DNA of 46,140 bases from Clostridia bacterium (lineage in GTDB: Bacteria; Bacillota; Sulfobacillia; RBS10-35; JAJYVM01). A program made the translations under genes and the position numbers. Where the stretch lies: contig DAHVAF010000263.1 in NCBI GenBank assembly GCA_027314765.1, positions 1 to 46,140 on the forward strand, read 5' to 3'. This document shows, one piece after another, positions 28,343-37,136 of the stretch; position 1 is the first letter of the stretch, and every line of letters starts with the position of its first letter. Under the pieces are notes generated by a model. It saw only the letters and a list, made by a program, of their open reading frames with translations, did no database searches and was not told the DNA's origin.

Positions 28343-28506
28343 CGCCCCCTCCCGATGGGCGCGGTTCGGCGCGGCCTCGCCGCACCCTGCCTTAACGGAC
28401 CCCCCGCCATCACTTCCCGTGTCCTTAACGCGGCCGCAAGGCTCGTCGCCGGACGCCGTTGGTAGCATGGCGCTGGCTCGTACATAAGTGGGGAGGGTGC
28501 GTGCGT

Positions 28507-29595
28507 ATGCAGCCTGGGTTCCTGAGGCGTGCCGGCGCGCTGATGGCCGGCGCCGCGGTCCTGGTTGGCCTCGCGGGGTGCGGCGGATCCGCCACGCCAG
28601 CGTCCACCGCGGGCGGAGCCACGACCGCCAGCTCCGCCCCGGCCGCCTCGAGTAGCAAGGGCCAGCTGGTCATCTACGCCGCCGAGGGCTACGACCAGGC
28701 CATGGCCAACGCGTTCCAGGCGAAGACCGGGATCCAGGTGAAACTGAGCGACATGAGCACCGGCCCCATCGTGACGAAGATCGAGGCGGAGGGCAATAAT
28801 CCGCAGTGGGACGTGGCCTGGTTCGACGGGGACGGCACAATGGCCACCCTGGACGCCCAGGGGCTCCTGCTGAAGGGCTGGGAGCCCGCCAACGCCGCCA
28901 ACTACACCGCACTCGGCAAATCGCTCCTCCCCCCCGACCAGAGCTACGCCGTGACCGGCATCACGGCCGCCGGCGCCATCGCCTATAACACCAAGTACGT
29001 GACGGCGGCACAGGCACCCAAGACCTGGACCGACCTCCTGCAGCCGCAGTGGAAGAACGCGGTCGGCATGGACAACCCGGCCATCTCCGGCCCGACCTTC
29101 CCCGTGGTGGCCGGCTTCCTCTACGGGATGGGCATGAGCAACGGCGAGAGCTTCTTTGAGAAGCTGAAGGCCAACGGGCTCAAGGTGTTCGCCACCAACA
29201 AGCCGACGCTGTCGGCCCTGAGCACCGGTGCCATCAAGATCGCCATCGCCCAGGACTCGGCGGAGATCGACGCCATCAAGAAGGGCTCGCCGCTGGCGAT
29301 CGTGTACCCGAGCGACGGCGTCACCATGCTGCCGAGCGCCATCGGGATCTCGTCCCACGCCAAGGACATGGCCGCGGCCAAGGAGTTCGTGAACTTCGCC
29401 CTCTCCGCGGCCGGCCAGCAGGTCATGCTGACCAAGGGCGGCGGCGACAGCAACTTCGCCCCGCTCATCCAGGGCGAGCAGCCCAACCCCAGCCGCCAGC
29501 AGACCGGGATCAGGTGGAACCTGGTGCCGGCCGCCTGGCAGGCCAGCAACTACAACCCGGTCCAGGCCTGGTTCAAGGCGCATATCGTTGGCTGA
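28507..29595 (+). CDS. ABC transporter substrate-binding lipoprotein (iron(III)/family-1 solute-binding type)
   Basis: Signal peptide with lipobox LAGC, then QLVIYAAEGYD...F...TGI.V, typical of Fe3+/thiamine-type binding proteins. ATG 28507 follows GGGGAGGG. Confidence 0.82.
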   Translation: MQPGFLRRAGALMAGAAVLVGLAGCGGSATPASTAGGATTASSAPAASSSKGQLVIYAAEGYDQAMANAFQAKTGIQVKLSDMSTGPIVTKIEAEGNNPQWDVAWFDGDGTMATLDAQGLLLKGWEPANAANYTALGKSLLPPDQSYAVTGITAAGAIAYNTKYVTAAQAPKTWTDLLQPQWKNAVGMDNPAISGPTFPVVAGFLYGMGMSNGESFFEKLKANGLKVFATNKPTLSALSTGAIKIAIAQDSAEIDAIKKGSPLAIVYPSDGVTMLPSAIGISSHAKDMAAAKEFVNFALSAAGQQVMLTKGGGDSNFAPLIQGEQPNPSRQQTGIRWNLVPAAWQASNYNPVQAWFKAHIVG

Positions 29596-31351
29596 GCCGG
29601 CGCCATTGCCGAGCCCGGCGCGGCCTCCGCGCCGGCTGCGCCTCCCAAGTGGCGACAAGGCCGTGATGCTCTTCGGCATCACGGCCCTCCTCGTCCTCAT
29701 CGTCTATCCCCTGGCCTCGATCGTGATTCAGGCGGTCTTCCCGCACCTCTTCGCGCCCCAGCACCCGAACGCCAGCTTCGACCCCGCCGCCCTGGGCCGC
29801 GTGCTGACCAGCCCGACGGACTACCACATGCTGGTCGACTCCGTGGCGCTCAGCCTGGGCGCGGCCATCTTCTCTTCCATCGCCGGCGGCGCCCTCGCCG
29901 TGGTCCTCGGCCGCACTGACCTGCCCGGGCGCGGGATCTTTGCGGCCCTGGCCTGGGTCAACCTGCTGGCGCCGTCGTTCCTGCTGGCCGAGGGCTGGAC
30001 GTTCCTGCTGCAGCACGGCGGTCTGCTGAGCCAGTTCGTGCCCGAGCCGGCCTGGATGACCAACGTGTTCTCCTCGCCGTGGGGCGTGGGCGCCATTTTA
30101 GCCCTGAAGTTCTATCCGTTCGCCTTCCTCACGGTCTCGGCGGCCCTGCCGTGGCTGGGCGGCGAGCATGAGGCGGTCGCCCGCACGCTCGGCGCGACGC
30201 CCGGGGTGGTGTGGCGGCGGATCTTCATCCCCCTGCTGATCCCGTTCCTCGCCAGCGCGGCGACGATCGTGTTCGCCGACGTGCTGAGCGACTTCGGCGT
30301 CGCAGTCACGGTGGCGGAGAGTCACAACTTCCCGCTGCTGACCTACGGTATCTACAGTTCCCTCTACGACCAGCCGACGGACTTCGCGGGCGCGGGCGCC
30401 CTGGCGCTGCTGCTCGGCGTCGCCGTCGCGGTGGCCCTGGTCGGCCAGCTGCTGATCCTGCGCAAGAACCGGTACGCCACCATCCACGCGGGCTTCCGCC
30501 CGCCGGCCCCATACCGGCTGCGGCCAAAGGTCCGCATCGCGCTGCTGGCGGCCGTCATCGCGTTCTTCGCCGTCGCGGTCGGTGCCCCGCTCGGCTCGAT
30601 GCTCCTGGAGTCCTTCCTGAAGGGCAGCGCCTACGGCCTGGTCTATCTGAAGCCCACCCTGGCCAACTACGCCGCCCTGGCCGGCCCGACGGCCCAGGTG
30701 GCCGTTTCGGCCCTCGGCTACTCCCTGCGCCTCGCCCTGGTGACCGCCACCGCGGCCCTGGCCCTCGGCACGCTGCTCGCCTACTTCGGCACGCAGGGCG
30801 GCGGCGCCACGGGCCAGTTCCTGCAGGGCATCTCGCTCTGGACCATCAGCGTGCCCGGCATCATCCTGGCGGCGGGCTACGTGTTCGCCTGGAACCACCG
30901 CGGCTTCGAGCTGTATGGCACCGTCTTCGCGCTCAGCCTCTGCTACCTGGCCGGCGGCCTGCCCTACGTCCTCCGCTTCCAGATGGGCTCCCTGACCCAG
31001 CTCGACCGCCGCCTGGTGGCCGCGGCGCGGGTGCAGGGCGCAGGGCTCGGCGCCGTGCTCACGCGGGTCGTGACGCCCCTTCTGGCGGAGGGGGCGGTCT
31101 CGCTCTGGCTCTTCGTGCTCGCGGGCACCACGTTCGAGCTACCCGCCTCCGAGTTTCTCTACCCGCCGGGACATCCGACCCTGGCCGTCGAGGTCAACCA
31201 CTTCTTCAACACCTCCTCGTATGGCCAGGGCATGGCCCTGGCCATCCTGGCCGCGGCCCTGCTGATCACGGTCGTGCTGATCCTGCGCCTGGTGGTGCGC
31301 CGCCGCCTGCCCGCCGCCGTGCGGGCGCAGGCGCCGGCCCGGACCTTCTGA
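29588..31351 (+). CDS. ABC transporter permease, fused two-domain (FbpB/ThiP-like)
   Basis: 587 aa with about 12 TM segments and two MetI-like halves. Start is uncertain: TTG 29588 overlaps the binding-protein stop, and GTG 29663 or ATG 29666 are alternatives. Confidence 0.82.
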   Translation: MAEPAPLPSPARPPRRLRLPSGDKAVMLFGITALLVLIVYPLASIVIQAVFPHLFAPQHPNASFDPAALGRVLTSPTDYHMLVDSVALSLGAAIFSSIAGGALAVVLGRTDLPGRGIFAALAWVNLLAPSFLLAEGWTFLLQHGGLLSQFVPEPAWMTNVFSSPWGVGAILALKFYPFAFLTVSAALPWLGGEHEAVARTLGATPGVVWRRIFIPLLIPFLASAATIVFADVLSDFGVAVTVAESHNFPLLTYGIYSSLYDQPTDFAGAGALALLLGVAVAVALVGQLLILRKNRYATIHAGFRPPAPYRLRPKVRIALLAAVIAFFAVAVGAPLGSMLLESFLKGSAYGLVYLKPTLANYAALAGPTAQVAVSALGYSLRLALVTATAALALGTLLAYFGTQGGGATGQFLQGISLWTISVPGIILAAGYVFAWNHRGFELYGTVFALSLCYLAGGLPYVLRFQMGSLTQLDRRLVAAARVQGAGLGAVLTRVVTPLLAEGAVSLWLFVLAGTTFELPASEFLYPPGHPTLAVEVNHFFNTSSYGQGMALAILAAALLITVVLILRLVVRRRLPAAVRAQAPARTF

Positions 31352-31370
31352 GAGGAGCGCACAGATCCCC

Positions 31371-32462
<1,092 letters not shown>

Positions 32463-32529
32463 ACTATCGGCATGCGTAACTAGCACCCCGCCGCCGTCGA
32501 CCGCTGGCTTCTTCGGGGGTGCTGTTGTC

Positions 32530-33810
32530 GTGCCGTTGCTCGTCCTCTCCGATCTTCGCGCGCGCATTGGCGCGCGTACCCTGTTCTCCGTGCCGGCTGC
32601 CCGCGTGGAAGCGGGTGACAGAGTCGCCCTGCTTGGCCCCAGTGGCGTGGGGAAGTCCACGCTTCTCAGGGCCATCATCGACGGTGCGGACGGGGTGACG
32701 CTCGCCCGCGGGCTCCGTGTGGGCTATCTGCCCCAGGAGTTGCCCACCGGCCACGAAAGCAGCGGCGAGCGGACGCGAGCCGCCCTGGCTTCGCTCTTGG
32801 GCGACGGGCCCGACCTCCTGGTCCTCGACGAGCCCACCAACCACCTGGACCTCACGGCGCTGGAGTGGCTGGAGCGCGAGATCCGCCGCCATTCGGGCAC
32901 CGTGCTGATGGTCTCCCACGATCGCGTGTTCATGGATCGGGTCGCCACCGCCGTCTGGGAGATGGACCACGGGGGCAGGGTGGCAGAGCCTGCCACGCTC
33001 CGGGTCTTCCGGGGCAATTTCAGCACCTACCGCGCGCAGCGGGAGCTGGACGGGCGGACGGAGCAGGCGGCGTACGCCGCGTACGCGGCCCGGCACGACC
33101 ACCTGGAGCGCGCTGCCCAGCGGCGTCAGCAGTGGGCGCAGAAGGCGTCAGCTTCCGCGGGCGTGCGCGATCCATATGCGCAGAAGAAGGCCGCCAAGGC
33201 GGCGAAGCGAGCCGGGGCCGCGGACAAGCGACTGCAGCGGCTTGAGGAAGCAGCCCCCGACAAGCCGTGGATCCGTGACCCCGTCCGCCTTCCCGTGGGC
33301 GGCGCCCCGTTTTCGGGCCGGCTGCTTCTGAAGTTGGGCGAGCGCGAGGTGGGCCCGCGCGCGCGCATCGCCGTCGTGGGCCCCAACGGCTCCGGCAAGA
33401 CCACGCTTCTGCGCACCCTGGCCGGCGAGCTACCGGGCGACGTCTGGCGCAGCCCCGCCGCACGCATCGGGTTCCTGCGCCAGGAGCGCGACGACCTTCC
33501 GCCCGACGCCACACCCTTCGGGCTGCTGGGTGGCGAGACGGCCGCCGCGCTCGGCCTCCGCGGCGACCGGGCACACGTCCCCGTGAGGTCGCTCAGCGGC
33601 GGTGAACGGACCGCCATCGCGCTCGCCGGGCAACTCGGCGGATCACACAACATCCTGTTGCTCGACGAGCCGACGAACCACCTCGACCTGTGGCTGCGGG
33701 AGGCTTGCGAGGACGCCCTCGCCCGCTTTCCGGGCGCGGTCGTCCTCGCCACCCACGACCGCTGGCTGGTGCAGCACTGGGCGGAGGACGTCTGGCGGGT
33801 GGTAGAGTAG
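32530..33810 (+). CDS. Compact ABC-F type tandem ATPase (no membrane domain)
   Basis: Two nucleotide-binding domains, each with the ABC-F hallmark Walker B (LVLDEPTNHLD and LLLDEPTNHLD). Walker A motifs are GPSGVGKST and GPNGSGKTT. A charged helical linker (QRRQQWAQK...KKAAKAAKRA) joins them. Only 426 aa. Confidence 0.8.
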   Translation: MPLLVLSDLRARIGARTLFSVPAARVEAGDRVALLGPSGVGKSTLLRAIIDGADGVTLARGLRVGYLPQELPTGHESSGERTRAALASLLGDGPDLLVLDEPTNHLDLTALEWLEREIRRHSGTVLMVSHDRVFMDRVATAVWEMDHGGRVAEPATLRVFRGNFSTYRAQRELDGRTEQAAYAAYAARHDHLERAAQRRQQWAQKASASAGVRDPYAQKKAAKAAKRAGAADKRLQRLEEAAPDKPWIRDPVRLPVGGAPFSGRLLLKLGEREVGPRARIAVVGPNGSGKTTLLRTLAGELPGDVWRSPAARIGFLRQERDDLPPDATPFGLLGGETAAALGLRGDRAHVPVRSLSGGERTAIALAGQLGGSHNILLLDEPTNHLDLWLREACEDALARFPGAVVLATHDRWLVQHWAEDVWRVVE

Positions 33811-33814
33811 CCAT

Positions 33815-34519
33815 GTGGCACAGGACATCGGCACCGTGCTCCGCAAGGAGGCCGCGGAGTTCCTCGGCAACGTGCGCACGCTGCGCGTCTTCTTTCTGGT
33901 CGTGCTGATCAGCGGCGTGCTGCCGAGCCTTTCCGTGGAGGTTCCGTTCAACATCCCCCACAGCCTGCGCGGCGCCCTCTCGATCTTCTACGTGGTGGTC
34001 GCCGCTGTGGTCGTCGTCGCGCAGACGGCGCCGGACCTCGTCATCCGCGAGCGGGCGGGCCACACGCTGGAATCGCTCCTGGCCAGCCGCCTCCCGGATA
34101 CCGCCATCTTCGTGGGCAAGGCCCTCACGGCGGCGCTGATGGGGTACGCCGCATCGCTCCTCACCCTGATCGTCCAGTTGGGGGGGTCGGCCGTGCGCCT
34201 GCACATGGTCCACTGGCTCTACCTCTCCTCGCCGACCGGCCGCTGGCTTGCCCTGGCCGCGCCATCCGTCATCGCCGCGTACATGGCCGCGGTGGGCACC
34301 TTCGTCGCCCTGCGCATCCTGGACCAGTGGTCCGCCTACATGATCACGGTCATGAGCCTGGGGCTGATCGTCCTGCCCTTCGCGATGCGCTGGATCTCCC
34401 TGGACGTCGCCGCGCCCTGGCTGCGGGGCGCCGTGCTCGTCATGGCCGCCGTGGACATCGGCCTGCTGGCCGCGGGCGCGCGGCTGTTTCGCCGCGAGCG
34501 GCTGGTGCTCTCCCTGTGA
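33815..34519 (+). CDS. ABC-2 type transporter permease
   Basis: About 6 TM segments. Contains LRKEAAEF...VIRERAGHTLESLLASRLPD. It is a paralogue of 35436..36131. GTG start is 4 nt after the ABC-F stop. Confidence 0.7.
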   Translation: MAQDIGTVLRKEAAEFLGNVRTLRVFFLVVLISGVLPSLSVEVPFNIPHSLRGALSIFYVVVAAVVVVAQTAPDLVIRERAGHTLESLLASRLPDTAIFVGKALTAALMGYAASLLTLIVQLGGSAVRLHMVHWLYLSSPTGRWLALAAPSVIAAYMAAVGTFVALRILDQWSAYMITVMSLGLIVLPFAMRWISLDVAAPWLRGAVLVMAAVDIGLLAAGARLFRRERLVLSL

Positions 34520-35439
34520 GCGCGGCCGTCCTCTGCCGCGGCGTGACGCGGCGCTTCAACGGGCGCACGGCCGTGGCCGACCTGGACCTCGAGGTGGACC
34601 AGGGCGCCGTCTTCGGGTTCCTTGGCCCGAACGGGGCCGGCAAGACCACCACGGTGCGCATGCTGCTGGGCCTTCTGCGGCCATCCTCCGGAAGCCTGGA
34701 GGTGCTGGGCCTTGACCCCATCGCCCAGGGTGAGCCGCTCCGCGCCCAGACGGGCGTCCTGCTGGACCAGGTCGGGCTCTATGACAGGCTGACGGCGTCC
34801 CAGAACCTGGACCTCTTCGGCCGCATCGCGCGCATGGCGCCCGCCGAGCGACGGGTCAAGGTCGAGGCCGCCCTGCGGCGGGTCGACCTCTGGGAGCGCC
34901 GCGGCGATCACGTCTCGGGTTTCAGCAAGGGGATGCGCCAGAAGCTCGGCATCGCCCGGGCCCTGCTGTCGGACCCGCGGCTCCTGATCCTGGACGAGCC
35001 GACCTCGGGCCTGGACCCCGTCAACATCAAGATGCTGCGGGACCTGCTGACCTCCCTGGCCCAGGAGGGCGGGCGCACCATCTTCATGTGCACCCACCAG
35101 CTGGATGAGGCGCAGCGCCTCTGCTCGCAGGTGGGGATCATCCGGGGCGGGCGGCTGGTGGCCGTGGGCGCCCCCGACACCCTTGAGGGGGGCGGGGGCG
35201 CCCCGGTCGTGCGGGTACAGTGCAGCCGTCCCGCCGCGGCGACGGCGGCGGCGCTGCCGGCGGGCGCCACGCTCGACGGGCCGGACGCGGAGGGTTGGAT
35301 GCGCGTGACACTCGCTCAGGCATCCGACGTCGAGGAGCTCGTGAAGGCACTCGTCGCGGTGGATGCCGGGGTCCTGGCCGTGGTTCCCCAGCGCCGCTCC
35401 CTGGAGGACGTCTACCTGTCGGTGGTGGAGGGCGCATGA
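34516..35439 (+). CDS. ABC transporter ATP-binding protein
   Basis: Contains GPNGAGKTT, FSKGMRQKLGIARAL, LILDEPTSGLD and CTHQ. GTG 34516 overlaps the upstream stop (GTGA). Confidence 0.9.
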   Translation: MSAAVLCRGVTRRFNGRTAVADLDLEVDQGAVFGFLGPNGAGKTTTVRMLLGLLRPSSGSLEVLGLDPIAQGEPLRAQTGVLLDQVGLYDRLTASQNLDLFGRIARMAPAERRVKVEAALRRVDLWERRGDHVSGFSKGMRQKLGIARALLSDPRLLILDEPTSGLDPVNIKMLRDLLTSLAQEGGRTIFMCTHQLDEAQRLCSQVGIIRGGRLVAVGAPDTLEGGGGAPVVRVQCSRPAAATAAALPAGATLDGPDAEGWMRVTLAQASDVEELVKALVAVDAGVLAVVPQRRSLEDVYLSVVEGA

Positions 35440-36131
35440 ACGACCTGGTGACGATGCTCTGGAAGGAGGCGGCCGAGTTTGTTGCCGGCGCCCGTGCGCT
35501 GCGCTTCTCGGCCATCATCGTCGTCTTCCTCGGCGTCATGCCCGCCCTGACGGGTGTGCGCAGCCCAACCGCCGCGGCCCTGGAGACCGTCGGCTACGTG
35601 CTCATCACGTCGGTGTTCGTCACGGCGCAGTCTGCGCCCGAGATGGTGATCCGCGAGCGCTCCAGCCACAGCCTGGAGACGCTGCTCGCCACCCGCCTGC
35701 CCGACCGCGCGATCTTCGCCGGGAAGGTGCTGAGCGGCGCCGCCGTCGGCTACCTCATGGCCATGGCGACACTCACCATTCAGCTGGTCGCGTGGGCGCT
35801 CACGACGCACGGCTGGAACTGGCTCGGCCTCTCCGACGCCGCCGGCCGCTGGGTTGTCCTGGGCGGCCCGGCCGTGCTCGCCACCTACCTGGCCACGGTG
35901 GGCACGTTCGTGGCGATGCGCGTCGGCGACCAGCGCTCCGCCTACCTCGTCACCATCCTCAGCCTCGTGGTTCTGGCCCTGCCGCCGCTGATGCACCTGG
36001 TGACGATCACGACCACCGCCGCCGGACTGCGGGACGCGGTGCTCGAGCTCGCGCTCCTTGACGCCGTGCTGATCGCGATCGGCGCGCGCCTCTTCCGCCG
36101 CGAGCGGCTGATCCTGTACCTGCAGGAGTGA
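35436..36131 (+). CDS. ABC-2 type transporter permease (paralogue of 33815..34519)
   Basis: ATG 35436 overlaps the ATPase stop. Contains LWKEAAEF...VIRERSSHSLETLLATRLPD and ends ...ARLFRRERL, like its paralogue. Confidence 0.72.
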   Translation: MNDLVTMLWKEAAEFVAGARALRFSAIIVVFLGVMPALTGVRSPTAAALETVGYVLITSVFVTAQSAPEMVIRERSSHSLETLLATRLPDRAIFAGKVLSGAAVGYLMAMATLTIQLVAWALTTHGWNWLGLSDAAGRWVVLGGPAVLATYLATVGTFVAMRVGDQRSAYLVTILSLVVLALPPLMHLVTITTTAAGLRDAVLELALLDAVLIAIGARLFRRERLILYLQE

Positions 36132-36135
36132 TGGC

Positions 36136-36663
36136 ATGCTGAAAGGACGCCTGGTGCGCCTGGCGGCGGTCGCCGAGGCCGACCTGCCGGCGATGGCGGC
36201 CTGGCACGCCGACGGGGACTTCCTGCGCCAGCTGGACGCCGCCCCGGCCTATCCGCGCCCGGAGGCGTATCTGCGCGAGCGATTCCTGGCGCCGCCTGGG
36301 CGCGATGCCTACTTCTTCGCCCTCCGCGCGCTGGAGGATGATCGTCTGGTGGGATACGCCGGGCTCGTGGGCATCCTGTGGAACCAGGGCGCGGCCTGGC
36401 TGGAGATGGCCGTGGCACCGGGCGAGCAGGGCCGCGGCCTGGGTCAGGACGGGCTCCGGGCCGTGCTGGCCTTCGCCTTCGCCGAGCTGAACCTGCGCCG
36501 TGTGCAGCTCACGGTCTTCGCGGACAACGCCCGCGCCATCGCCCTCTATGAGAAGACGGGCTTCAAGCGCGAGGGCGCCCAGCGCGAGTTCCTGCTGCGC
36601 GACGGCCAGACCCAGGACATGCTGCTCTACGGCATGCTGCGGCGGGAGTGGCCGGGGGCGTAG
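36136..36663 (+). CDS. GNAT family N-acetyltransferase (RimJ/RimL-like)
   Basis: 175 aa with the acetyl-CoA motif region EQGRGLGQDGLRAVLAFAF...L.RV.L.V...N..A..LYEK.GF..EG. Starts 4 nt after the permease stop. Confidence 0.85.
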   Translation: MLKGRLVRLAAVAEADLPAMAAWHADGDFLRQLDAAPAYPRPEAYLRERFLAPPGRDAYFFALRALEDDRLVGYAGLVGILWNQGAAWLEMAVAPGEQGRGLGQDGLRAVLAFAFAELNLRRVQLTVFADNARAIALYEKTGFKREGAQREFLLRDGQTQDMLLYGMLRREWPGA

Positions 36664-36725
36664 GTGGCGCACCTCCCGCGCCGCCGCGCGTATCCGGGTT
36701 ACGCTGATACTCGGAGGGGCTGCCG

Positions 36726-37046
36726 CTGGCTGATGAACCCGACCCGCGCGTCAAGCTGGCCCAGCAGCGCACGTTCCTCGCCTGGATCCGCACGGCGATC
36801 TCTCTGCTCGCGCTCGGGCTGGTGCTGGCCAAGTTCAGCCTGTTCCTCCAGCACCTGGACCCGCGCCTGCCCGTCCACGCCACGAACGGGCTCAGCCTCG
36901 CGCTCGTCATTGCCGCGGGCGTCCTCGACGTCCTGATCGGCGTCGCGTTTCTGCCAAGCAGCGGCCACCGGCCCCTCGCGCTGCTGTTGCTGGTGATCGT
37001 TGGCGCGGCCGCCGCGTACGCGGCCATTTACGTCGTCCCGCGCTGA
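36726..37046 (+). CDS. DUF202 (YidH-like) small membrane protein; start codon uncertain
   Basis: The DUF202 signature DPRVKLAQQRTFLAWIRTAISLLALG is in frame but upstream of the first ATG/GTG/TTG (36822). The frame opens at 36708. CTG 36726 lies 7 nt after GGAGG (36714-36718). Confidence 0.55.
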   Translation: MADEPDPRVKLAQQRTFLAWIRTAISLLALGLVLAKFSLFLQHLDPRLPVHATNGLSLALVIAAGVLDVLIGVAFLPSSGHRPLALLLLVIVGAAAAYAAIYVVPR

Positions 37047-37136
37047 CGCAGGCCGGATCGACCGCGAGCGCGCATGGCGCGAGCGGCACAAAATCGCCAT
37101 CGTCGCCGGCAGGGTGCCGAGGGAGACTAGCCGGCG

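Noticed and set aside
27185-28468. The long 427-aa version of the M19 gene, which overlaps the ABC binding-protein upstream region
   Set aside because: The first 42 codons (MLPTASGDEPCGRVKDTGSDGGGSVKAGCGE...) have no family counterpart and atypical codon usage, and they would overlap the divergent promoter region. GTG 28342 has a strong GGGAGG RBS.
28459-28486. TTGGTA-16 nt-TACATA as a promoter for the ABC binding-protein gene
   Set aside because: The predicted transcription start would fall inside the GGGGAGGG RBS (28490-28497), leaving no usable leader for ATG 28507. It is plausible only if the mRNA is processed differently, so I did not list it as a feature.
32482-32523. AGCACCCC...GGGGTGCT pairing after the importer ATPase as a possible terminator
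   Set aside because: The 8-bp stem encloses a 26-nt loop and has only a weak T-rich trail. That is too loose to call confidently.
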